Assembly (NCBI GenBank): GCA_003693705.1
Contig: RBZT01000768.1
Span: forward strand, 1-64,000
Reading direction: 5' to 3'
Length of the DNA stretch: 64,000 nucleotides
DNA from: Polymyxa betae A26-41
Lineage: Eukaryota; Protista; Endomyxa: Phytomyxea
Both the position numbers and the translations under genes were made by a program. The stretch's first letter is position 1, and every line of letters begins with the position of its first letter. Under the pieces are notes generated by a model that did no database searches, was not told the origin of the DNA, and was given only the letters and a program-made list of their open reading frames with translations. This document shows positions 24,966-37,462 of this stretch, one piece after another.

Positions 24966-26232
24966 TTCCAATCAAATAATCTGGATGAAGCTCCTGGGTT
25001 GGACCAGGGCCAGAACTATATGATGGTGATTATAAGTCGACCATGCAGCAGGCGCCCTAGGCCTGGATCTTCGGTGTGCCCTGTTTTAGATGCAGATTAG
25101 ATGTGCCTCGGCGTATACCGAATCAAAGGTACACCGATGGTAATGGTTGAGCCAGCATGAGCTTCACAGTTGATCACAAATTATGAACGAACACCACATT
25201 GTGGTGGTTAAGGGCGGCATGACTCGTCATCTACGCAGGGAGCAATAACAGAATCAGATTCAGCAAGCATGATTGGAAGACCTGCTACAGCTTTGGCTAG
25301 GCTGAGCCTGATAGCGTGGCATACATACTGGGAACGTTCCGAGGCAGGCATCAACGTCGAGACCCAGCTAGAGCAGGAGCCAATGTCATGATCCAGCTAG
25401 AACAGGCATCAACGTCAAAGACCCAGATAATGACGGTGGTTATAATGAAGTAGCGCTCCGTCACTTTACTACAAAGACAAGGAAGATACTGTAACACTGA
25501 AAATGGCAAATTAACCGGCGCATGTAACGTAATCATTTGGGGAGTGGTAGTGCAGAGCATAAGCTTGTCATCGATGAATTTATTAACGACAATCAAAGCA
25601 GAGGTGTCTGGACTCATGATGGTTGGTGTCTGCGTACTGCTCTTCAGGAATAAGCCGCCCTTTAGTTGAGTCAGTCTACAAACTGGTAGTTGAGCAGAAT
25701 CCAGTAGTTCTGCATGTTGCTTTCAAAACCGTCTGCTAATAGCAAAACCAATTATCTAGGGTCAAGGATATCGCCCTCTCGCATCAAACATTTTCGTCAT
25801 GCCTCTTTCTCTTCATCTGCTATCGACATTCTGTCTTTGACTCAGCAATCTATGGGTGAAATTGTAATCACTTTGAAGACGGAAGTAGGGGCTCATGAGA
25901 ATCATAGTGTAGACATTCGTTTTATACCACTTCGCTCGATTGATATTTGAGAGGAATCATATACATCAGCTTCCTCAATTTGTTCGTTCCGGTGATCTGC
26001 TGTCATCATGTTAGTTATTGAGGCATGTCACTCAGTCAGAATTGTGGGTGCAACGACATTGCATTACTTACTAACAGAACGACGTTGCTCGTATCTGGAG
26101 TCGAGAAAGCAGCAGCGATGGACCTTCACGCTAGTATACAGTATCACAGGTCAATCCAAGAAAAAATAATGATAATGATGGTAAAAGCATATAAGAACTG
26201 TATTAGCAAGCAAAGATTGTTAGCCAAATATT

Positions 26233-27546
26233 TTATAGATGCTGTCTTAACTTGCTCTGCTCTAAAATCATCGTATCGATCAGATAACGTCCAGAATCGG
26301 TCCTTGCTATGTCAAATTCCAAAGTCAGGCCAAGACCCATATTGGCATTATATCTATAAACATCCGAATAACAATCAGCATCAAATCTGATTTTGGACTC
26401 TGCCAATTCGGCGATTGCTATTGGGTTAACTAATTGGCAGTATGAGCCGAGAATATTACCATAGCTGCTCCATAACGTCATATCGATCATGAAAACATTC
26501 TTCAGACAGCCTTTGAATTGGCCATATTGAAATAGCCAATCACTATGAACACAATCCAGATATGTATCAACTTCAACGCACGATTTCATTGACGATATGA
26601 GCGAATATTGCCCAGGTTGGCCACTATTGCCATCCAGGTGTACACCAGTGAATGATCGATGCCATAAAATAGCATTAGAAGAACGCATACAGATGGAGAG
26701 CGAGCTAATTTCACGACCCCGATGTCTTGTACAAGGTTTGCTCGAGATTGTGAATCGACATGGAACTAGCAGCTTGAAAATGGAAAAAGATGGTATCGAT
26801 AAGATTAGAAACTGGAATTCATTGTCACATTCAAAAACTGTAATGGAAACATTTCCATTTAATACTGCTTGGGACACCAGAAATCCTTCTGGCTTCGACT
26901 CAGCTTTAACAGGTTGCCATTCTGTAGAATCGTTTGTTTGTGCTATCATGCTTCGCTGAAACGTCGAGCCGCTGACTACCTCTATGTTAAGCGAACTTTT
27001 GGAAAAAGCGCCAGGTTGACACTTGAACTTCGCTAAGACTGACCAATCGTTGATCTGAAGTTGTCGCAGACACATTTTCATGCGAACGTTCACAGGCTTA
27101 AGACGAATCTCAGCCTTAATTCGGATATTTAGCCTCGCTATGACGTTTTTGAGGCGATTATCTGCTAAACCGCCTGGCACCCGGAAGAAATTGTCATTTT
27201 GATTCTTGATCATATGTTCCATCTTCTTAATAGCAACATTCCTCATTTTATGCCAGAAAAGCTGTTGTATTTGACTGGAATCCAGATTGCCACAATCAGG
27301 ACAGTGCTTCCATTGTCGTTTTAGTGCTCGAATCAGAAATTGAGGACTGCTGATTAAATTACGAAAATGGCGACATGTAAGAATGCAAGACAACAGGAGA
27401 TCGTGGACGGGAATGGCCAGCAAGATATCCCATGCCAATGCTTCCGGAAGACCCAGAAGACGATTTGAACCGGGTCCAACCCATGTCGGATTAACAGCAG
27501 ACCCAGCAGATTTCAAATGGCGTTTAGCACTGAACGCCAATGGCAT
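26233..27546 (-). CDS. F-box protein, FBXO15-like, intronless
   Basis: F-box LLGLPEALAWDILLAIPVHDLLLSCILTCRHFRNL; C-terminal FKGCLKNVFMIDMTLW resembles the FBXO15 FDGCI....MDVTL motif. Confidence 0.75.
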   Translation of the reverse strand: MPLAFSAKRHLKSAGSAVNPTWVGPGSNRLLGLPEALAWDILLAIPVHDLLLSCILTCRHFRNLISSPQFLIRALKRQWKHCPDCGNLDSSQIQQLFWHKMRNVAIKKMEHMIKNQNDNFFRVPGGLADNRLKNVIARLNIRIKAEIRLKPVNVRMKMCLRQLQINDWSVLAKFKCQPGAFSKSSLNIEVVSGSTFQRSMIAQTNDSTEWQPVKAESKPEGFLVSQAVLNGNVSITVFECDNEFQFLILSIPSFSIFKLLVPCRFTISSKPCTRHRGREISSLSICMRSSNAILWHRSFTGVHLDGNSGQPGQYSLISSMKSCVEVDTYLDCVHSDWLFQYGQFKGCLKNVFMIDMTLWSSYGNILGSYCQLVNPIAIAELAESKIRFDADCYSDVYRYNANMGLGLTLEFDIARTDSGRYLIDTMILEQSKLRQHL

Positions 27547-27725
27547 GAATCTGGGGCAGACGAGAGATGCTAAGAAAGAGGCGAGAACGACGAAGTTCAA
27601 CCTTGGTGCGTACTACAACGCGTCACAATGACTGAATTAACAAAGAGAGACTAAAAAGCAACGATTGAAAAAGAGCATTTCGATTAATCGTCGTACTAAG
27701 TCGATCCAAACCTCAGTAACTTAAT

Positions 27726-27986
27726 ATGACAGATGCTCTGAAGGCATGGCTCGAGACGAAATTCATGGCGGATTGTGCCTATATATTTATTCAGAATGGA
27801 TATTGTGAACCGGCCGATCTTCTGCCATGCTCGCAATCGGAAATTGATGCATTGCTATCCCAACTTCCCAAGCCTGGATATCGATTAAAAGCAAGAATTA
27901 TGATAGAAGATTTGAGACAAGATAACTTTGGCACAGATGGAGCAGCGACAATTATCAACAGAAGGGCTCACAAGCAGCGAATCTAG
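27726..27986 (+). CDS. Short SAM-domain ORF, probably the 5' part of a decayed gene
   Basis: LKAWLETKFMADCAYIFIQNGY...DLL......ID.LL..L.KPGYRLK fits the SAM pattern (WL......Y...F..NGY.....L...D...L.....GHR.K); downstream frames contain stops. Confidence 0.55.
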   Translation: MTDALKAWLETKFMADCAYIFIQNGYCEPADLLPCSQSEIDALLSQLPKPGYRLKARIMIEDLRQDNFGTDGAATIINRRAHKQRI

Positions 27987-28703
27987 CAAAAACAACAATC
28001 GGAGCAAGTCAAAAAGGATCAATGGTGACAGCCGCAGCTTGATCCTTACTTAACATCGGCCCCAGTACCCAACCTTGGCAGGCAATCCATCTTCATGCAC
28101 TGATAGCTGTGCACAGCTTTTTATGGCAGTAGACAACTTCAGGAAACATCTTCACGAATGCCCATTCGAGCTGTCAGACAAGGAACATACTTCAGCAGAA
28201 TGATCTGTCTGTTTCTTAATACAGCAACTTGCAAATATTGATTCCGCTCTTGGACGTTTGATAAACAATTTGAAGGTCAAAATACGAATTGGAAATTAAT
28301 GCTCAAATTGATGCAATACTATTTCCGTTCGATACGTCGCGTAATGGGGGCAGTCGTATGTGAAAACATCGAGCTTATTTAGACACGAGAATACCGCACG
28401 ATGGCCTTTGATACTTGAAAGCACACAGACCCAGACAAAGACAACACAACGAGAATCAGGTTAGCATGACTGTCTAGACAGAGATTGGAAATGGTGAAAT
28501 GTGAACGTAAACTGAAGAGGGTGACGTAATTGACGGAGCAGCCCTCTGGAAATCAACTTCATTTTCCTCTTGTATGTAGGTGGTGCTCTACAACATCTTC
28601 GCTATCCGCCTATTCCCATTTCTGCTCTGGCCATTTCGTCGAATATTATACAGCTGCATCTGACACCACACTGTAACCCGTCCTGTATATATTCTTTTCC
28701 GAG

Positions 28704-31700
28704 ATGAGCCAGTTCTTGGCGGATCCGTCTTGGTCCTTCCTGAAGATTACTAATGGAGTCTTATCACTGGCTCGAAATTCAATTAATGATATTGAAACAC
28801 AGTTTATGAAGCATGAAGTTGAGCTGACAAACTCAATTGAAAAGTTATCAAAATCATTTCAGCAAACCAAGGATATCCCAATTCAGAAAGGACCCAACAA
28901 TCCTCTCACGGACGAAAACATCGCGACGAATGAATCAAATGAAGATAATAATAACGAAGTAGAACGGCAGCCAAAGCCGAAACTGCAAATTAAAGATATC
29001 CCAATTCAGACAGGACCCAAGAATCCTCTCACGGACGAGAAATTCGCAACGATTGAATCAAATGATGACAATATTAACGATGTAGAACGGCAGCCAAAGC
29101 CGAAACCTTCCAGGGCCAGAAAAAAGCAAATTCTTTTTGCTGCATCAGAGCCTGCAGAGAACGTATCCGAAGATCATAATTGCTCAGCAATTTCAGCCAC
29201 GAATCTAATTAATTCGGATATGTCTGGTGCCAACACATGTGAAAACGTCACCATCTCTGAATCCGGTGACCTAAATCAGAATCTTTCTGGTGAAAACTAT
29301 GCTACATGTGCCGAGGGCAAGGCAGATGTTCAGCCAACCGAAACTGTACTCTCGCCAATTGTCAGCAGAACCAGGTCGCGGAGGAAAGTGCAGCCAACAG
29401 TGGTCACACAACCACGAGAGACTAGATCTAGACGACGAGCTCGCAAACAAGAGCCTGTGGCAGAAGTGGATGGCAGCGATGCTAAGGATTCCACCCCGGT
29501 CGTCTCTGCTGAAATTTGTGCCACCAATCCTAGTGATTCAAAAGAAATTAACCCTGAAGTCAAGGTTTCCGAATTGGTCAATGAAGAGTTGGTTCGAGAA
29601 GAGGCTTCTAAAATTGAGGAAGTGCCAGAACAGGCGGCCCGGCCAAGAGCTCGCAGGGGTCGCAAAGCTGCCACAACCAGAACCACTCGGCAGCGAAAGA
29701 AGGCTGCTGTACAGAAGCTTGCTGATGACGAAGAGGCAAATTCCACGATTGCCGAAACAGTAGAAGTTGTCGATCTCACTGAATCTACCGGAATCGCACA
29801 CCATTTGCCTCCGGTTCAGCCTTTGCATGAGGAGGCTGATTTAAAAGTAGCCGTTCTGGCTCAGTCTGGTCCAGATTCAACGGATTCGCAAGAAATCAAC
29901 ACCATGTCAAGGCGTGAAATCCAGCTTGATGTGCCTTCCACATTGCAAAACGCTCCTGTCCTTGTGGAAGAAGCTCATTTGGATCGCAGTGTGTCGCCAA
30001 GGTATCTAACGATTTCGAATCTGTTTACCTAATTAATTCAGTGTTTAATAGGCAATCAATAATATCTGCTGGTGTTACGGCATCCGATAATCTAAACACA
30101 TTTGGTTCCCAAAACAGCCATCCTTTGACAGCTCCTGGGTCAGATGACGTCGAACCTTCGGAATCTTCCAATGTGCACGCATCACGTGGCATCGATTTGG
30201 AAGAAAATGTATCTCCTATTTCCTTGTCCGACTTTTCTAGCAGTGCCGGAAAACAAAATGATTTGCCGATGGTATTTTGCAATTTTTTTTGTCGCGTAAG
30301 ATATGAACTCCTATTAGGAAATATCTCCTTATATCGATTCACTATCCTTAAAAGCTTCTCAGTCATTGAACCTCTCTGCGGTAGACTTTGTACATTTTTT
30401 ATCACTGGATTTGTTTCCTAATACTCCAGTTTGTTTAGGAATCGCCTGTTGTTAAACATTCATTTGAAGTCAATCGGACCAATGTGCAACCCATTTCTAC
30501 AGCTGTTCTGCCCCTCAACATACAAACTGTCACTGTTCCCAAACAAGAATCTCTCCTGCAATCTCTCTTGGATGATGATAATTTGTCTGATTCAGAAGAT
30601 ATGCAAGTAGATGAACCCCCCGTTAACTTTGTTCAGCAAATCTCGAAACCTGCTGTTGAAACCATTCTGGTGGATACGCAATCTACCCAGAACGATCAGG
30701 TATTAACTCAAGCGTAGTCTGTGTTTCTCTTGTTAATAATCATTGTGGCAGAATAATTCCACTAACAAGAGTGCACTGTCAGTTGGCACTACACCGACTC
30801 CTAAGATCGATCATCCTGATGCTCCTTTCCCGTATCGGTTTATCCCACCGACAATTTGTCATGTGCGGTAACATTTTGCTATCGAAACCACTTTCTTAAC
30901 ATCTAGCTTCAGAATACCGTCAATGAAGCGAAATCATCTCCGCTCGGCGATTTTCGTGGGATGGGCTGTGAGACTGAATCAGGCGTGGTCCCAAACCCAA
31001 GCCCACCGATTAAACCGCCAAGTTGCTTATCTAATAGCAGTCAACCTTTGTTCTTATCGGTGAAATCTAACGCTTTTAACGACCCCAAATCCACCTCTGC
31101 AGATAAAGTTAAAAAGTCCACACCTCCTGTTTCAGGTGTTCTTCAGAGTTTACTAATGAAGGCTCGCGCAGACAGCATTCGAAGGCAATGTCCTGCGAAG
31201 CCGAATCAATCTGCTTTGGCTACTGCTCTTTCCTCGGATGTTGGCAGTAACTCGATTTCGACGCCCTCCACCTGCATCGGATCGGAACCTTTTTCAGTGC
31301 AACAAAATGCTGCTTTATCTCATAATAGCTGTGAGAAAGCTGCGATGTTGCCCTTAGTAATTTCACCTAACGCCTGTGTCAATGAAAGTTCTTTGCTTTC
31401 CTCTACTGCTGCTTTTTCAGCATCAAATGCTGATGTACTTCAAGATGGCATCGAAGTTGATGCTTTACATCATTCGGCTGCAAGTAAAACAGAGTCTATT
31501 TCCGTCAAGAAATCCTCCACTCAGTTAACCTGTAATGAAACAGTGCTTGTGGAGTCTAATGACTCTTGCGCATCTAAGGGCGCATCAGTTCCTTATGGTC
31601 GCATTGCTTCTAGCAATTTGGACTCCCCTGAGAACATCCCTAACAAGATAAAGTCTACCGAAGTCAGCAAGTCCGATTTGTCAGAGAAGCCGGAAAAGAT

Positions 31701-34142
31701 TCGCTCTAAGGACAAACCTAAAGATGGCGACTTGAAGCTAGATATGCCAGTTCAAGCGCTTTATGGTCCTGAAGTTAGAGCAGATGAACTTGCACAAAAA
31801 GGTGTCAGTCTCAAGCAACCGCCTAGTAAGCACTGCTTTGCGGACAATATATGCTAATTTATATTACAGCGAAAGCTACCGAAGAGGATCGACCCCTGGA
31901 GTCTAATGTGTCAAGTTACCTACCAACTGTTCGCTCTGAGGACAAACCTAAAAATAAGAACCTTAATGGTCATGCATCAGTCGCTTCACCTTATGACCCG
32001 GAATGTAGTAGTAATCCCTGCCCATCTGTAATAGCCAAAGACGTCAACCTCAAACAACCACCAAGTATGTTTAGTTTTTGTAACATGCTAAACTCAAATC
32101 TAATTCTCCTGTCCCAGCAATCGCTATCGGAGAGTGTCAACACTGGAAATCGGATGTATCCAGAAATGTACCAACAGTGCTCTCTGAGGACAAACGCAAA
32201 ACTGAGGATTCAAATGTCAATCTAACGGCATCTACTAAGCCTGAAAATCGAAGATCCGGGAAATCTGTTGCAAACCAAAACGCCAACCTCGAGGCACCCC
32301 GTGGTATGCTTCGTTTTCATATGTTTTTCAAATTTGACTTGTAAACAGAGTCGTGTTCCCATGATGTTGTTAGCTCTGAAAACTCGAATCTTCGTTTACT
32401 TACTGATTCCATCGCAACTGCTGAACAATCAGAATCCAGCTTTTCAGCTGTCGCTGGAGAATCGCGTCTTCTGGAAGCGCCTGGTAAACGCTTTGTTTAT
32501 GAAGAAGTTGACTCTGCCATTGTCGCTAAAGCTGATAATTTGGATCGTCCTCTGGCTACCGTAGCACTCGATAATGTCGAAGATGATAAAAACAAGAAGT
32601 TCCTCGCAACTGTTTCTACCCAATCATCTGGTAGGTCTAATTATTTCATTAACTCAAGAAATTTATTCTGTTAAAAAGTGTTTGCGCCTGAAGAAACCGG
32701 CAACGTACCTATTCCAAGTAGTATTCTTGTCCCCGAAATTGAAACTTCGTATTCACCTCAGGAAGAACTGGAATCTGAACTTGGTCAATGTAAGCTGCAG
32801 CGTTTGAATCACTTATATTGACGTTTCGTAGCAGATGATGACATGGACGAAGATGAGACTCTGGGCGACAATCAGCCAGAGCAACCAGATCAAACTTCAA
32901 AATCCGGAAGCGTCTGGGTAAATGCTATAATCGAACTTGTGTTGTGCTAAAGCTGTTTCCAGGATTCACTTTATAACGGCTTTAACAACATCAGCACAAA
33001 TGTTGCCTCGTTTGTACGTCCTAAAGTACCTGATGCCAAAGCGAAACGAGTCGTTGAAGTTAAAGCTTTAAAGCTTGCTAATGCCAAGCGAAAACGAGAC
33101 ATGGAAAGGCAAGAGGAAATCAAGCTTCGTAACAAGAAGTAGTCAATTATCTTATTCGGTGCTTGTAAATGACTGATTCTTAGGTTCCAGGAAGTGGGCG
33201 AAGAACGCAAGCGAAAAGCAATTGAACAAGATCGTCTGAAGGAAACTACTCTGCACGGTGCCACGGATAGCTTATCGGGTCCTGCTAACGCTTCTGTAAG
33301 CAGGCCTTCCGCAAAAGCTCAGGATTGTCAAAAGAAGCCTGCTGAAAGGCTTGTAGAGCTTTCATCAGAAGAGCGGCGTAAGCGCGCCGAAGAAAGAAGG
33401 CTGGCGCTTGAAGAAGAAGAAAAGCGAAAGAGGCAGGAAAAGGAAGAGAACCGACAATTGCAGCGGGAGTTGCTGAAAAAACGGCGCAAAGAGGAAGACG
33501 ACATAGCCAGGAAGAAGCATAAAATCATCGAGGAACCCTCTAAAAAACTTGGCACGATTCTGCCAAGTGATAACGCTTCTGTCTTGTCTAAAAACAAGGA
33601 TGGTCTCAGGCAGACTGCTAATTCTTCGTTACAGAATCACAAATTCGCTGTTCCTCAGTTGCCAGCTCCAAGACATTTGTCGAAACCAAAATCTGAGGAA
33701 GATCATTATCCATCTGAACCTGTTGTTGAGATTCCTACTGAGCCGGATCCAAGGTAGGAAATCAGATTGTCTGTTTCATTTCCTTCACTAACCATTTTTA
33801 TTCAAGCGATTACGAGTCCGATGAAGAATCTGATGAGAAAGATTTGAAAATGAAAATACCGAAGTGGGCCCAGCATCCAAATCTGTTGAATGCGTTATCA
33901 ATGCAGGCGTCGACTGATCCTGATACAGTCTTCGATCCACATTATCTGAAAACCTGCGATCTAACAGGTTAAAACAGTTTATCCCATACGAAATATTGCT
34001 GATCGTTTTATTAGAAATGTTCACTGATTACTCCAGTAAGACTCGATTTACAAGAAGGACCAGTAGTGGTAACTGGCTGCAAGATCGTCTTGGTTGGAGA
34101 GAAGAACTCGAGTACAAAAGGCGAAACGGCTTCCTGCAATAA
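28704..34142 (+). CDS. INCENP: Inner centromere protein (INCENP), multi-exon
   Basis: Long low-complexity region, charged E/R/K helix (33360-33520) and C-terminal IN-box IPKWAQHPNLLNALSMQASTDPDTVF...CDL/TEMF...RRTSSGNW. Confidence 0.88.
28869..29107 (+). repeat. Two-copy 123-bp (41 aa) coding tandem repeat in INCENP
   Basis: KDIPIQKGPNNPLTDENIATNESNEDNNNEVERQPKPK vs KDIPIQTGPKNPLTDEKFATIESNDDNINDVERQPKPK; copies start at 28869 and 28992. Confidence 0.95.
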
Positions 34143-34362
34143 TCCTACCTAACCAAATCAATGTCTATTTAATAATATTATCCATTTTGGTAATCAAAAT
34201 GATTTTAAAGCACAGTCGAGGGACATATATTGGAAATATGTATGTTTATTCACTGAAGTCGCGATCAAAGCGCCAACAAAACAGCGAAGAATGGTACGAT
34301 GATATATTGGAAAGTATAACATTCAATGGATATTGGAGCTGGAATAATAGAATAATCGGCGA

Positions 34363-35577
34363 TCAAGCATTGGGACTATCGGAAACGACTTGCTCAGGAC
34401 TGGATCCTTTGAGATCGTGATGAACATTGAGACCGAGATCACTCGATCTACCAAGACCATCAGTATCATGAATGCCACCTATGTCAAGTAGTTCATGGCT
34501 GCTTGCTTCGTTGAGATGGGAATGTACATGGGAATGTACTCCCATCGATGACGGCGTTCCCACAACGTGACTGCCAAAAGCTTCCAGACTGGGATCGTTG
34601 TCGTTGGATTTATCGTCCGGATTGCCGAAGCTGTGCGAATATAGACCAACATGGTACTGCGGCGACAGTGGTGTAGCAGAGATATTTGAATTGGACACCG
34701 GTACTGATATTGTTGGGGTACTCGTCGGTGTTGATATCGGCTCGCTTTTCAGACGTTTGTGCGAATCTGGAGTGTTGGCTAATGGATCTAGATTGGACTC
34801 TTCTAGATTCTCTGCGCAGCGTTTCTTGCTGCCAATCGCCAGATTCGAGTCGTCAGCAGTAGTTGGTGTCATCGGTGTGGATATTGGAGTCGATACACTA
34901 TGGTGCAAATCATTGCGATGATCGGATTTATACGATTCCATCTGCTTTCGGTAACGCTCCCTATCACTCGACGCTCTCTCCTCGTAAGGCCTCTTCTCCT
35001 CTGAAGACAGATTCCGCCAGATTTCTCCCAGTTTGGCACCGATTTTTCCAAATGCCTATGAAATAGAGCATCAGCGATACCGCGATACAAGCCAGGGTCA
35101 GCACCAACCAGTTTTGGATTCTCTAGCTTGAGTTCAGCACGCCGTTCCTTACAGAAGATCATATATGCATTGGAGGCTGCTTTAGGAGCATTAGGATCCT
35201 TCTTCTTTTTAGGGGTTTTTTGTGGAATAGCACTGGAATCATGAAGCAAGGTCGTGCCACTTTGTGGAACACTTGACCTATTCTCACGAACATTCTGCGT
35301 GATCATGCACTTCGGGCATTGAATATAGAGAGAATGAGCTGGATGTGCCAATGGTGTAGCACATCCAATACAGACAGTCTGTCTAGGAGCGTGAGGGTCT
35401 TGTGTCACATGACAACGTGGACATTGAATCCAGAGGGAGCCTCGTGGAAATGAAAGCTGGACCGAGCAGTACGCACAATAGATAGTTTGCTGGAGATTTC
35501 ATTATTAATGATTGCAACGTTCAAGATCGAAAACTGCAACGAACCGTACTACCGGACGTAGCGCTCATATGTTCCAT
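34363..35577 (-). CDS. HMG-box protein with two N-terminal LSD1-type C4 zinc fingers, 3 exons
   Basis: CAYCSVQLSFPRGSLWIQCPRC and CIGCATPLAHPAHSLYIQCPKC; HMG box KKKKDPNAPKAASNAYMIFCKERR...L/AFGKIGAKLGEIWRNLSSEEKRPYEE; S/T/P/H-rich tail. Confidence 0.88.
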
Positions 35578-36709
35578 GCCACGACGCAAATCAAGATTCG
35601 TCAGAGTGTGCGGGCGTGTGCCTTCAACCGGGGACGTATCTTAACGAAATCGTCTGGTTTCGGAAGAAATTGTTGCCAGCTGCTGGCTGAGTCCACCCGA
35701 TTATCTGCCGACTGACTGATCCGCACTCAGATAGAGACACTCGTCGACGACTTCTCGACTCTAGAATGAGGAAAATCTGCGCGACTTCGTCCGTGTCACG
35801 CAATTCTAAGGGTTGCGCACTTGAAACCATTCGCATTTGGCATTTGCGCAACAGTTGCGCGGCCTACTGACCCGACTGGGTTAGGGTTTCCCCACGTGAC
35901 CAGGGTTGGCAACATAGGCTAACCATTAAGCGCGCGCTTTTCAATCGTCCAGTTAAGGGCACTGAATGGCTTACCGACTGGGCGCAACCTCGAAGGACGC
36001 TTCCACTGATAATGTGGAGCTCAGGTCCCGCTTTCACACCATCTTGTGCAACAGTAAACTCAGTGGAACTCTCCGACTGCAACACATCATTGCAACTATA
36101 CAAGTGGTCTCTGGATCTCACTCTCGGGAGCTTCGTCAACCAGCCGTGGTCTGGTGGACTTTGACATCTCTATCAAGAAAGAATCATTTTTCACATTCAA
36201 TGCATACAGTGGGAAGCCCACGGGTCCGGGATCAGCCCTGAATGCAACCAGCCCAATGAATAGAGTGAACCTCACTTTTGTCGTCAAACCGGAATAAGAT
36301 ATATGAAACTGTAGCACCTGTGATCTGTAACTATTTCCAAACTCGATGGGTTAAAATTGTCAAAAGAATCCATTGTAAGCAAAGAACTTGCCAGTTATCA
36401 ATTCTGTTTGTAATCCGCCAAACATGAGCGAATATGGCGCTTTACCAAAAAGCTTTCGGCTTGCTCTTTTACTTTATTCAGGAAGATGCATATTCTTTAA
36501 CGGTTTCGGTTCCATGAGATTACGGATGAAATAAAAAATGTTGCATTTCGTGGTTTGAATGTTATCCGACTCCGCGAATAAAAATGTCCTCTGAAGAGGT
36601 GATCCCCTTGGAATGCTCTCTATCTACGGCCTTCCGTCTCAATAACATACAAGTTACATTGTTGGAAACTTCCAGTCCTCAATCGCTTGTATTCAAGGCA
36701 GATCACGTT

Positions 36710-37363
36710 ATGGCTCGTCGTCAAACCAGGTCCTCGTTCGCCAGCCGAGCTGCTGCTCCTCGGCCTGCTCGTGCTCCCACTGCCATCAATAAGACGGCGG
36801 CTAACGCGCCGGCTCTGGCTAAGCCCCAGCCTCAACCCACTGTATGCAATGCAATGTTGGGTATCTCTTCAGAGATGTAATTGGAGTTAGGCGTCTTCCA
36901 ACCCGATTCCCCAGAGCCAAGGACCTGTCGGTGGTGGTTTGCTTTCTACTATGGCGTCAGGTATACGGCCAGATTTTCTGGTGATTTCAATACTCACTAT
37001 TGCTGTAGGAATGGCATTCGGCACAGGTAGCGCCATCGCTCATCGAGCTGTTGATGCTGTTATGGGTGGTGGATCATCTGGCCACCATCCAGCAGAACAA
37101 CAGTCTGCTCCTGGTGCTCCAATGGCGTCGGTTTCCAGCTTCGATCATGAAGGATCATCAGATTCATGCAAAGCTGACTTGAAGGCATTCCAAGATGTAA
37201 GTTTGCTTGCATAAATGCATCATGGCAATGCTGATTATCTGTGGCGTAGTGTTTAGCGGCGAATGGAAACAGCATGTCCAACTGTAAATATTATTTCGAT
37301 ATGCTGCAGCAGTGCCAGCTGCGATCTCCTCAGCAGCCCTCATTCTCTTTTGGAGATGACTGA
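36710..37363 (+). CDS. CHCHD2/CHCHD10/Mic17-like mitochondrial twin-Cx9C protein
   Basis: Arg/Ala-rich presequence, MASG/MAFGTGSAIAHRAVDAV, CKADLKAFQD/CLAANGNSMSNCKYYFDMLQQC. Confidence 0.9.
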
Positions 37364-37462
37364 TTATATGCCTCAGACTGTATTCATGGAATAAACTGAG
37401 GAGTGGATCATCAGAAAACTCCCTCAAAACTGCTAATGCTCTAATCGGCTCCAATTTATATA

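Noticed and set aside
25100-26010. Stop-riddled minus-strand reading with ILDPR (hAT-like) and a short imperfect direct repeat at 25346-25428
   Set aside because: A single short motif is not enough to call a transposase pseudogene.
35864-36317. Possible Crinkler-like N-terminal relic (FTLFIGLV...ELHII)
   Set aside because: Needs a frameshift and lacks a recognisable LFLAK motif; similarity too weak.
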